Of a stretch of DNA of 64,000 nt, positions 11,691 to 21,927 are shown one piece after another. The notes under the pieces are model-generated. The model was not told the origin of the DNA, did not search any database, and was given only the letters and a program-made list of their open reading frames with translations. The position numbers were made by a program, and so were the translations under genes. Every line of letters starts with the position of its first letter. Position 1 is the stretch's first letter. The DNA comes from Neodothiora populina (Eukaryota), in assembly GCF_041146345.1 (NCBI RefSeq), contig NW_027191413.1, positions 558,001 through 622,000 on the forward strand. Reading direction: 5' to 3'.

Positions 11691-11926
11691 AACAGCGACT
11701 TCGACTTCAGCTCTACAATGGGTATTGACAGAGGGCACTGGAGCACACATGTCCATTAAGTGCTATGCCTCACTCGGACCAAATAGCGACCTCTTTTCAG
11801 CTCTCCGGTCAATTCTGGATGAGGGCACTGGAATCCACAATCAAAGGAGTGCTTCGCTTCACTCATGACCAAATATCGACTGCTTTTCCGCTCTTTCGTT
11901 AATCAACGATAGGGAGCACTGGAACG
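11691..11926. repeat. Degenerate tandem repeat, 90-bp period, about 2.6 copies
   Basis: GAGGGCACTGGA at 11731 and 11821, variant at ~11912. GACCAAATAnCGAC at 11777 and 11867. TTCnGCTCT at 11706, 11796 and 11886. Confidence 0.8.
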
Positions 11927-13351
11927 AATGCATATCGGGGGTCCTCATCTGTATGGGAATAGCGGCAATTTACAGGGGATCCTCAGAGTTGATTACTTCG
12001 AATGACAGCAATCTAAATGACTGCTGAACAACAATCACGAGGACCTCACTACGGGGGGATTGGCGGATCTACTGGGTATCAGCGTCATGGTGGACAGGAT
12101 CATGGGATGATACTTGTGAGAGTATCTGATATCATCACAGGAATGATAATCGAATCTTGGGTGATTGATGGAATGCACAATGCGAGATGTTACAGGAAGA
12201 CCACTCCCAGGTCACCGCGACGATCTCGTTTAAGATCTATACTGCATGAGTTACTACGCTACTTAACATAATGCAAGTCAATCCAGTCTTGCTCGGATCA
12301 ACCGAGCAGCCCTCGAACGAATTTTCCATATCGTGATTTTTGTGAGGCACGTGCGACTTTTACTTATAGGAAGAGCTACAAGTATATAGCCGTCTTGAGG
12401 TATTCAGGAAAGAGTTGTCGCGGCATGAAGTGCTTTTACAGTATACACAGCATAGACCATTCCTCTCTCAGTGAGACATGCACACATGCGCAGTCATGCA
12501 GGGACACAAGATTCGCCCAAGATCTCCTAGAGTGTAATGCGGAATCAACCGGATGGTCGGGTGCAACCCTTGCCTCCAGCTCTGTCACATGCAAAATGCA
12601 AATAGCCAATTCTGCGGCGTGAGCGTCGGAATTAAGAGTGGCGTCCGGGATATGGGGAGGGCCAGGCCTTCCTGCGCCCTTTGACCCTCTCCATTGGGGC
12701 GGAGATAACAGCAAAGAGGGGAGATAAAGGTAAACGGCGGAGATGGAAGGCAAAAAGCGTTGGTGTTTTTCGTGTTTCGGCGACGCGGATTGGAGAGAGC
12801 AAAAAAAAGAGGGTTGAGCGGAAGCTTCTCCCATGGGATTTCCACTCCGAGTCGCTCTCACGGACTGGAGATCTCTCTTGCTTTGTGCCTTTGCCATTCA
12901 CTGTGAGTCTCGGTTGGTCCAACGAGGTTTGAGCTTTGATACCCGTCCTTCTCCTCGCCCGCCGCCGCCGCTCTCGCCCGCGTTTTCCTGTGTGCCTTGT
13001 TTCAGTATTTGTCGGCCTTTCGCTCTTGCTTCTCCTGCATACACACACACACGATCATTCACTCTCTTCGTACGAGGCACACGACCGAAAGAAAATAACA
13101 TTGAATAAGACCAAAAAATAATAATAGAGCTTATTTCGACTGTTTCTTTACTGGAACAACTCGCGACTCTATCATCTGCCTGCCACTATTTTATCCAGCA
13201 CAGGAAAATACCCGAGCTTTATACTTTGATTCATCGTTCTTGACTGAATTGTTGAATCTGCTCGCGTCAAGCCGTATATCTATATTCATACATACAGACT
13301 TCGCATATCGCTATCCCTCCGGCTTTATTCGTCTTTCGCACGCACATCAAA

Positions 13352-13983
13352 ATGAAGTTTTTCGAGTCAAAACACGAGTTCGAGTACTCGTGGGATGAAG
13401 TGTCGACCGCCAACTGGAGGAAATACTGTCCTTGGAACGAACAGAGCACGCACGTTATCGCCGTCGACACCCTTGCGCGCCACGTAGATGCCGAGACTGG
13501 TATTGTGAGTGATTCCGCAAAAACACCCTGAAAATAGTTATAGGAGACTAATAATCACAACAGCTCCGAACAGAACGTCTCATCACCTGCAAGCAATCCG
13601 CACCCAAATGGCTCAACTCCTTCCTCGGCGGCCAAGAAGTATCGCATGTCTTCGAAACCTCTTACGTCGACCCAAAGGCAAAGAAGGTCACCATGTGCAG
13701 CCAAAACATGACCTGGTCAGATCTGCTTTCCGTCCGCGAGACAGTCGTCTACCGCCCCTCGGCCGCATCTCCGCATAACCGCACGACCTTTGATCAAAGC
13801 GCACAAGTCATCGCTTTCTGCGGCGGATGGCAAAAGATCAAGAACAGCATCGAGGACTTTACCGTCGAGCGCTTTCGTCAGAACGCCATCCGCGGAAGAG
13901 AGGGCTTCGAGGCTGTCCTCGAAATGAGCAGAAAGGTCTTTGCTCTCGAGCGGGAAAGACAGCGCATTGCCATGGTTGCATAA
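13352..13983 (+). CDS. UPS2: PRELI/MSF1 family mitochondrial intermembrane lipid transfer protein
   Basis: MKFFESKHEFEYSWDEVSTANWRKYCPWNEQSTHVIAVD. Intron 13505-13563. LRTERLITC and ERFRQNAIRGREGFEAVL. Confidence 0.9.
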
Positions 13984-14835
13984 GCCGCTGCGCGATCTCT
14001 GCCTTTACTCGGTCTATTGTCTTTTGCGACCGCTATTGCATCTCATCTCACCGGCACCAAGCCGTCCAGCCAGCCGCATCAACAGCGTCTAGCGCTTCAC
14101 CCTGCTGCTGCTTGAGTCGCCCCACTTCATCGCTACTTTCATGCATTATTACATCTGCGTTCTAGCAACGGCGTTACTGTTTTTGGTTTTGGGGTGGGAA
14201 ACAAAAAGAAAAAGCATCTTTGGGGATTTCGCAGGCGCATATCTGAAGTTTTTGTCTTTTCCTCTTTCAACCAAGATTCCCCGACTCGCAAAAAGTCCAA
14301 ATCCGAAGTTTCTGTTTACAAATCTCTGCGCTTGGGACGGGCAACGAGCGATCACGACTCTGCTTTTTTTGTTTTATCAATCGACTCGAAAGAGGGGCTT
14401 TCTGATTTTATTAGATTAATGCGCGCACAGACTCGAAGGGAAAATGGATGGGAGCGGACACAAGATGAATGAGCTGGGGTTCATGTCTATGGGAATACTC
14501 TTTCTCTGCTGTGATCAGGGAGGGCGTCCTATTGATCGACGAGAACCTATTATTCATTTTGTCACTTCTCTCTTCTCCCTTTTGTGGTAGATCCAGAACG
14601 TCTCAGCTGTACTATTATACTAGATGGCTAAAGAAACCCTCCTGCAAAACAAACACAAAGCAATTCCGAATATATTCGCTTCTCCCATATCTTCTCTTCT
14701 CGCTTCTAGTGTGACATCTAGTAGTCGTGACCATCAGGCCATCTCACGCTTGTGACTACACGCCCAAGCAAAGAAGATGTCACTATATACGTGCAACCAG
14801 CCCCTCCTCTCCTATCCACTTCTCTAACCCTCCAT

Positions 14836-15984
14836 CTACAAACACTCGATATCCACAAGCGCGCCCCTGACGCCATCTCGCAGCTGACAGAAATACAGCT
14901 CCTCCTCACAGAACATCCAAATGCCCTCCTCGCCGCCCTTGCCTCTACTGAAGCAGAAATTCGCACACACGGCACCCGTGACAATCTTGCCCAGCAGCGT
15001 GCCGCGTGCATCCCAGACATGCACGCCATCTCCACAGCCCGAGTAGACATTGCCTTGCGTGTCGCATTTGATGCCGTCCGGCACGCCCGTGTCGCAATAC
15101 GCGAAGACGCGACGGTTCGCCAGCCGCGTGCCGTTGTCCACGACGTCGTACTCGTAGATGGTGGCCGGCAGCCGCGGGTTCATGGAGAAATTGTGGCCGT
15201 CTTTGGGGCCGCCGTCGTGCGCTTGACAGGCGCCTGTGTCGGTCACGTAGAGGTGCGTATAGTCGGGACTGAAGCACAGCCCGTTGCATTGGCTGAAGCC
15301 GTCGGCGACCATCCACATTTGGCCTGTCGAGGGGCTGAATCTGTAGATTTGAGAGGGGAGGTCTGGGGACGGGCGGAAGGCTTGCTCGTAGCCGTAGGTT
15401 GGGTCCGTGAACCAGAGTTCGTCGTTGGATTGGTGGATCACGACGTCGTTGATGCTGTTGAAGGGGCGGCCTTGGAAGTTTGTCGCTAGGATTTCCGAGG
15501 ATGGGGATGAGGGAGTGGGGTCCACGAGGACGAGGGCTGAGGGGGTGGTATGTGAGCCTTGACTGCAGTATAGGATCTTGTCCTTGTAGTTGCATGCGCC
15601 GTTGGGTTGCACGACGTCGGCGTGCTCCACTTTGCTGACCGTGTGCGGCGCTGAGTGCTCGACGCTGTAGATGTGGATGGGATCACAGGTTTGGAAGTTT
15701 GCAGTAAAGTAGATCTTGTCGGTGCGTTTGATGTATACGCCTGCTTCGTGCGCGAATTGGTACTCTCGGGATTGGATCCGGGTCAATTTGGCGTCTTTGA
15801 CTATGTCCGCGAACCGGGAGTCGTAGACCGCGAAGCCCTTGTAGCCTTCCACTGCTGATTTGGCATAGTCGAGGTCTTGAGCGGCCCGTTTGAGATCGAC
15901 TGTCACAGTCTTCGCCTCGATCGTCACTGGACTGCTTTCAGTGTGCTCGTGAGCGTGTCGATCTGTCTTCAATTGAGCTGCCAT
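14836..15984 (-). CDS. SMP-30/gluconolactonase/LRE-family beta-propeller hydrolase
   Basis: 382 aa. Motifs HEAGVY, FNSINDVV, WFTDPTYG, NGLCFSPD, LYVTDT and PDGIKCDTQGNVY. Confidence 0.9.
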   Translation of the reverse strand: MAAQLKTDRHAHEHTESSPVTIEAKTVTVDLKRAAQDLDYAKSAVEGYKGFAVYDSRFADIVKDAKLTRIQSREYQFAHEAGVYIKRTDKIYFTANFQTCDPIHIYSVEHSAPHTVSKVEHADVVQPNGACNYKDKILYCSQGSHTTPSALVLVDPTPSSPSSEILATNFQGRPFNSINDVVIHQSNDELWFTDPTYGYEQAFRPSPDLPSQIYRFSPSTGQMWMVADGFSQCNGLCFSPDYTHLYVTDTGACQAHDGGPKDGHNFSMNPRLPATIYEYDVVDNGTRLANRRVFAYCDTGVPDGIKCDTQGNVYSGCGDGVHVWDARGTLLGKIVTGAVCANFCFSRGKGGEEGIWMFCEEELYFCQLRDGVRGALVDIECL

Positions 15985-16117
15985 TTCTGAGGATCGAGTT
16001 GGTCGTTATCTCGAGTTCTTGTGATGCAGATGTTCTGGTCTCACCAATCGTCCACCAGATGCTTTGGACCAATGGAGTATAACAGAGAAGATGGGACGAA
16101 ATGCTCCTGGCGAGACA

Positions 16118-16176
16118 ATACTTGCTCCACAGTATGTCAAGTGTGGGGGAGGTACAGTTCATATACTTGCTCCACA
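16118..16176. promoter_or_regulatory. 14-bp direct repeat containing CreA/Mig1-type SYGGRG sites
   Basis: ATACTTGCTCCACA at 16118 and 16163 (CTCCAC reads GTGGAG on the minus strand), with GTGGGG between the copies. Confidence 0.45.
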
Positions 16177-16711
16177 TAAAAGGCGCCGACTAAATATATA
16201 TCACGAGGCCAACCTTGCCCACCAATGAACGCTGGCCATTCTCTTTCTAGCGGATGCATCTTCTACCTTGACTCTCTCCAAATGTGTATAGAAACAGTGC
16301 CTTCGGCCATGACAGGACGGTAGATTACTTCAGCTTGAGGTTCCGTCATTGAAACAAACTCCAAGTCCGGTATGGAAGACTTTATCGTCAACAACAGGAG
16401 GAATGGTTCCTCTCGGGGCGGCAGTAACGGAGAAACGTTGGACAGACAAGCATACCTCGGTTCGGTTTCCCCACAGTCATATGGTAGCTTTAACCCCGCA
16501 ACAAAGACTCCATGTATGAACGTCCCAGTAATAGCGATCAACATAGCATATATATAATCATTCCCGGACGAGAATAAGGGACTTAAGCATGTGGATATCC
16601 AGCATCCAGTGAAAGACTCGTCAGCTTCGTACATCTTACCAAACTCTCGAAAAGAAATTCGTTCTGTGATCATCTCACAACCCTCTAGACACCCAATATC
16701 ATCTGTAAAAC

Positions 16712-18085
16712 ATGGGTAAAACAGCGCAACCATGCTACGTCCTAGGCGTGGGCATGACCAAATTCATCAAGCCTCGTGGCAAAGTCGACTACAACGAGCT
16801 CGGTTTCGAGGCAGGTGTCAAGGCCATGCTGGATGCTCAGATCAACTACGACGAGGTCGATCAGGGCGTGGCCTGCTACTGCTATGGTGACAGCACCTGT
16901 GGTCAGAGAGTCTTCTATCAATTCGGTATGACACAGATACCCATCTACAATGTCAACAACAACTGTAGTACTGGATCGACTGGGATAGCCTTAGGCCGCC
17001 AGATGATCTCATACGGCGCAGCAGACTGTGTGCTTGTTGTTGGCTTCGAGAAGATGGCCCCGGGAAGCTTGCAGAGTGCCTGGAACGATCGAGTTAGCCC
17101 TACTGGCACAACGACTGATATGATGAAGGCTACCAGGGGCATCACAAACGCTCCCGGTGCCGCTCAGATGTTCGGAAATGCTGGGCGCGAGTACATGGAG
17201 AAGTTTGGTGCGAGAAAGGAAGACTTTGCCGAGATCGCCAGAATCAACCACGAGCATTCGAAAAGGAACCCTTACTCTCAGTTCCAGGACGAGTACACTT
17301 TGGAGCAAATCATGAATTCAACAACCATACACGAGCCTCTCACGAAGTTGCAATGCTGCCCAACTTCGGATGGTGGTGCGGCAGCAGTCTTGGTCTCTCA
17401 AGAGTTTCTAGACGCTAGACCTGACCTCAAAGACCAAGCCATTCTCATTGCCGGTCAATGCATGGCGACTGACGCGCCGTCGCTCTTCTCTAGAAGCAGC
17501 ATAGATCTTATGGGATTTGAGATGACCAAAGTAGCAGCCGAAAAGGCCTTGGCGGAAGCTCAAACGTCTGCTTCCGACATCAAAGTGTGTGAGCTGCATG
17601 ATTGCTTCTCCGCAAACGAAATGATCGTCATCGACTCGTTAGGCTTGAGCGAGCATGGCAAAGCGCATCAAATGGTACGAAAGGGGGACATCACTTATGG
17701 AGGACGGATGGTGATCAACCCGTCTGGAGGATTGATCTCCAAGGGCCACCCGCTCGGCGCCAGTGGCATCGCGCAGTGCGCCGAGTTGGTATGGCACCTT
17801 CGTGGCTGGGCAAACAACAGGCTGGTCGAAGGTACAAAGGTTGCACTGCAACACAATCTTGGTCTTGGTGGAGCTGTTGTGGTCACAGTGTATAAGAGAG
17901 CAGATGGAAAACTTGCCACGCCAGTGGACTCGCAAACTGTAGGCAAAATCAACAAGTTGGGCTATAACCCAGCGGTCGAAGCGAAAGGCTTCACAAAGTC
18001 ACATGCGGACCAGGTATGCAGCAAACAGTACAGGAGTGAGTGGGCGTTGGCCGGGACGCAGCAGAAGGTTGAGTCTCGATTCTGA
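16712..18085 (+). CDS. SCP2/SCPx-type thiolase (non-specific lipid-transfer protein family), probably peroxisomal
   Basis: 457 aa. VNNNCSTGS, LHDCFS, NPSGGLISKGHPLGASG and LQHNLGLGG. PTS1-like C-terminus SRF. Confidence 0.92.
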   Translation: MGKTAQPCYVLGVGMTKFIKPRGKVDYNELGFEAGVKAMLDAQINYDEVDQGVACYCYGDSTCGQRVFYQFGMTQIPIYNVNNNCSTGSTGIALGRQMISYGAADCVLVVGFEKMAPGSLQSAWNDRVSPTGTTTDMMKATRGITNAPGAAQMFGNAGREYMEKFGARKEDFAEIARINHEHSKRNPYSQFQDEYTLEQIMNSTTIHEPLTKLQCCPTSDGGAAAVLVSQEFLDARPDLKDQAILIAGQCMATDAPSLFSRSSIDLMGFEMTKVAAEKALAEAQTSASDIKVCELHDCFSANEMIVIDSLGLSEHGKAHQMVRKGDITYGGRMVINPSGGLISKGHPLGASGIAQCAELVWHLRGWANNRLVEGTKVALQHNLGLGGAVVVTVYKRADGKLATPVDSQTVGKINKLGYNPAVEAKGFTKSHADQVCSKQYRSEWALAGTQQKVESRF

Positions 18086-18319
18086 AGGAGGAATATGCAA
18101 ATAACGCGGTAATTCGCGCATATGCTCGCAGTCTGAGGATTGCTACGATGTAATGCAAGGGTATCAATAATTGTTCAAGTATGTCGAGCTAGAGGCGCAC
18201 AGTTCAGCACTCAAGCACCTGGAGATCAAGCCGACGCCTTTCCCGGGTCATGCTTGATGCTCCAATGATTGGTCTTCCCGCCAGTGTGGTTTCTATGCGT
18301 CCGGACGAAGATGCATAGC

Positions 18320-18623
18320 TCATACGGCTTGTGCCTGGCCATCAGCCTCGCCGGAATTGACCTTCTTGCCAGTCTTCTTGATCTTCTCGAGCACCGTAGT
18401 GTAGTCCAGGCCGTCTTCGGTGGTGATGAATGCGGTCTGAGTGTCTAACGACACATCGTATGATTTTACGCCTACAGCAGAAAAAGATCAGCGCTGGGGT
18501 GTCGAAGAATTGTGATTCCGAAGTAAGGTATTTACCATCGAGCTTCTTGAGCACACGCTCGACAGCGCCGGAGCAACCCCCACAGGTCATGGTGACGTTG
18601 AACTTGTAAGTGTGCTCAGCCAT
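18320..18623 (-). CDS. ATX1: Copper chaperone (HMA domain)
   Basis: MAEHTYKFNVTMTCGGCSGAVERVL. Intron 18472-18535. Exon 2 ends KIKKTGKKVNSGEADGQAQAV*. Confidence 0.95.
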
Positions 18624-19349
18624 AGTGTACCGGCAATGCAATCGAGTGAATATGTGGATTGAGTTATCGACAAAGAGAGCGCAAAGTTTGGTCTGGAGTG
18701 TCTAAAAGGCAATAACCTCAAGGGGGGCAAGGGGCGGCTATATAAGCCATACCGGAGTAAGGCACGACGTTTGTAATCGAGCGGAATCCAGAGACCGCGT
18801 GCACTCCGAAACAGCCACGGGATGGCGTGCGACACGATAGATCAAACGCGCTTGTAGCACAGCACCGTGTTGCAGTGTAAGAGCCGAATAAACAAACTCA
18901 AATGACCTCGATATTGATATATCTATGCTACTTATCGATCTGCAGGTTGGCCTGTGATAAACAAGGCGAGACACACGAGCCTCGACAAGGCTACCTGTTC
19001 CGCCCTCGACCTGTGTAGTTGTTTTACATGTGTTCCTTCTAATCACCGTTACTGTATCCCTCCAGAAGCGGGCGGACTCCGCCAAGTTCTATGCCAAGCC
19101 AGCCCTGGAATATGAAAATCGACCCCGCGAAAGCATGACGTGCGCTTTCTAGAAGGTCAACAGCTGGAGATAATTACGGGATACTCGCACGCCTTCCTTA
19201 GTCGCACAGGACAGTTGCTTAATCGAACCAGAAAAAAGACATCCTACCACCTTTCACATAGGTATCTAGGTCTAGTAAGGCGTGAATGTACACGGCAGGC
19301 TCCCTCACTTCGTTATTCTGCCGATACAGCAGGTCGCTGTCTGGCAGGC

Positions 19350-21927
19350 ATGGCCTCGTATGTCAACCGACTTTCATTCTCTTGAATCATCTCGAACCTC
19401 TATACTGATACCAACAAGAAATCTTCTTCAATTGCCCTTCCGTCGCACTCACAATGTTGCCGTCAGCGGGGCTCTCAAGCAGTATATCTCTTCCAAATAT
19501 GATCAACATCCGGATATGTTCAAGAATGACCTCGAATCTATCGACCGATTGCGACACGCCGCCGTTCATGCGCTGGAGCCTCACGCGAGCGGAGTGCGCA
19601 AGCTGCAAGCATATGCTGCTCAACTTGTCTGGATGGGCGGCAAATTCCCCGTGGATGTAGGCGTCGAGTTCGTCTGGTATCCGGCGTTAGGCTACAACAC
19701 ACAAAGACCAATATCTCAGGACAACATCCGCTTCGAGCTCGCAAACATCCTGTTCAATCTCGCAGCCATGTACTCGCAGCTCGCCATGGCTTCCAACAGA
19801 AATAGTCTCGATGGTCTGAAAGCTGCTTGCAATTACTATTGTCAGTCAGCAGGTGTCTTGTCTCACTTGAAGACCACAGTAGTCCCAGAGATGCGAACGA
19901 CACCTCCGGAGGACATGGACACGAATTGTCTGGAGAGCCTCGAGCTACTGATGCTCGGTCAGGCTCAGGAGGTCTTCTGGCAAAAGGCTTGTCGAGACGG
20001 ACTCAAGGATGCCACAATAGCCAAGTTGGCCGCAAAAGTCACCGACTTCTATAGTGAGGCTGGTGACTGGGCTATCAAGAGCGATGCTATCAGCAGCGAG
20101 TGGATACACCATATGAACGCGAAGCACCATCATTTTGCTGCCGCTGCTCAATATCGAGCCGCGTGTGATTGTCTGGAGAAGAGAAAATATGGCGAAGAGG
20201 TGGCGAGGCTGAAGGACAGTCTGAGCTGCGTCAACGAGGCCTTGAAGGAAGCCAGATACGTGAATAAGAGAGTGCAAGACGACCTGAATGGACTGAGGAG
20301 CAAGATTACCGAAGATCTCAAACGGGCCGAGAAGGACAACGACATGATTTACCTAATCCCTGTGCCACCCAAGTCAGAACTCAAGATCCTTGACAGAGTG
20401 AACATGGTTTCTGCAAAGGTGCCGAAGGAGGTTTCGGATTCGTCAAGTATGTTGGGAGACCACGGCGAGCTTGGAAAGCCTTTGTTTTCCAAATTGGTCC
20501 CTTACTCGGTTCACGTGGCTGCAAGCATCTACGCAGACAGAAGAGATCGACTTGTAAACGATAGCATCATACAAGAGCTAGATGCTCTGACCATGAAGAT
20601 ACACGAGCTCATGAAGTCGCTCAATCTTCCAGGCTCTTTGCAAGCATTGGAGAAGCCTTTGGGCATACCGCCCAGTGTTGCTTCTCACGCTGAGGAAGTC
20701 CGCCAACAGAATGGCTTCCACCGCTTGCAGGCTGCTGTAGCTGATACAGAGAAACTCAAAGCGTCAGACAGTACAGTCTATCAAGAAGGCGTAAACATGC
20801 TTCGTTCTGAGGCCGCGGAAGACGAGCAAGCGCGAAGAAAGTTCGGCACAGATCGGTGGAATCGACTGCCATCACATGAGGCTGTACCAAAGCTTTACTC
20901 ACAGGTCACTGATATCGAAGGCTACTTGAGACAAGCCGGCAACAGCGACAGACTGATCCAAAAAAAGATGAAGGAAAACGAAAGCCTCATCCGTCTGCTC
21001 GGTGGTACAGACCGTGATCTTGAGGACTACGTACCTAGTAGCAGACGCGCTGCACTCACGGCCAAGGTGGAGCTTGAAGCAAACAACCTACGTGCCGCGT
21101 TGAACGAGGTTACAAGGCTCGAGAACCGTCGTAGACGTAAGATCGAAGACCTACGCGCCAAAGCAAAGGCAGATGACATTCATCCTGATCTGCTAAGGCA
21201 GGCAGCACGCCTGGAAAGAGAGTTCCCGATGCAGACCATCGAAGCGGTACAGTTCGAGGACTTCTTCGATGCAAGGCTGGACAAGTACTCCGCCGATCGA
21301 GCCGACATCGCTCAAGAAGAACGACAGCAAGACGAACTTCTATCGCAGCTACAGCGTGCCAACGGTACTCTCAATATAGCGCGCAAGGGAGATTCTTCAA
21401 CAAGGGAGCGTGAACAGGCGCTTCAAAACCTCGAGAATGCGTTCCTCGCCTACAAGGAAATCATTTCAAACATTGACACGGGCCGCAAATTTTACAATGA
21501 CCTTGCCGGCATAGTGACGCGGTTTAGAGATGAGTGCCGGAATTTTGTATACCAGCGACGAGCCGAAGCAGCCACCATGGAATCAGATCTCAGTATGGCC
21601 ATGGCGCAAATGAGTTTACATCACGCGAACCATACCAACCTCCGACAGCAGAAGCAACAGGAGACACTTTTGCAACATCAATCACCAATGTCGAATGTCC
21701 CCCGTACAGATCCTATTACTGCTCCAATGCCCACGAGGGCAAACGTTGTTCCGCCGCCTGTAGCTGTGGCACCAGCACCAGCGCCAGGGATATGGACCCC
21801 GGAAATGGGCATTAAATTTGGCGGTACTGGCAATCCTGCAGCAGTGCCGGCAGCTATGAACGGTGACTTCCGTGGAGATCACTCGGACAACAGGTGGGAT
21901 CCGTCCAAAGGGGTGCAATTTAGGTAG
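19350..21927 (+). CDS. palA: pH-response regulator PalA/Rim20 (BRO1 and ALIX V domains)
   Basis: ATG GCC TC, intron 19358-19418, then (S)NLLQLPFRR. BRO1 motifs FELANILFNLAA and AEKDNDMIY; GRKFYNDL; Pro-rich tail. Confidence 0.9.

Noticed and set aside
11691..11926. CRISPR-like reading of the 90-bp repeat
   Set aside because: Eukaryotic context, no cas genes, and similarity spread across the whole unit rather than repeat plus unique spacer.
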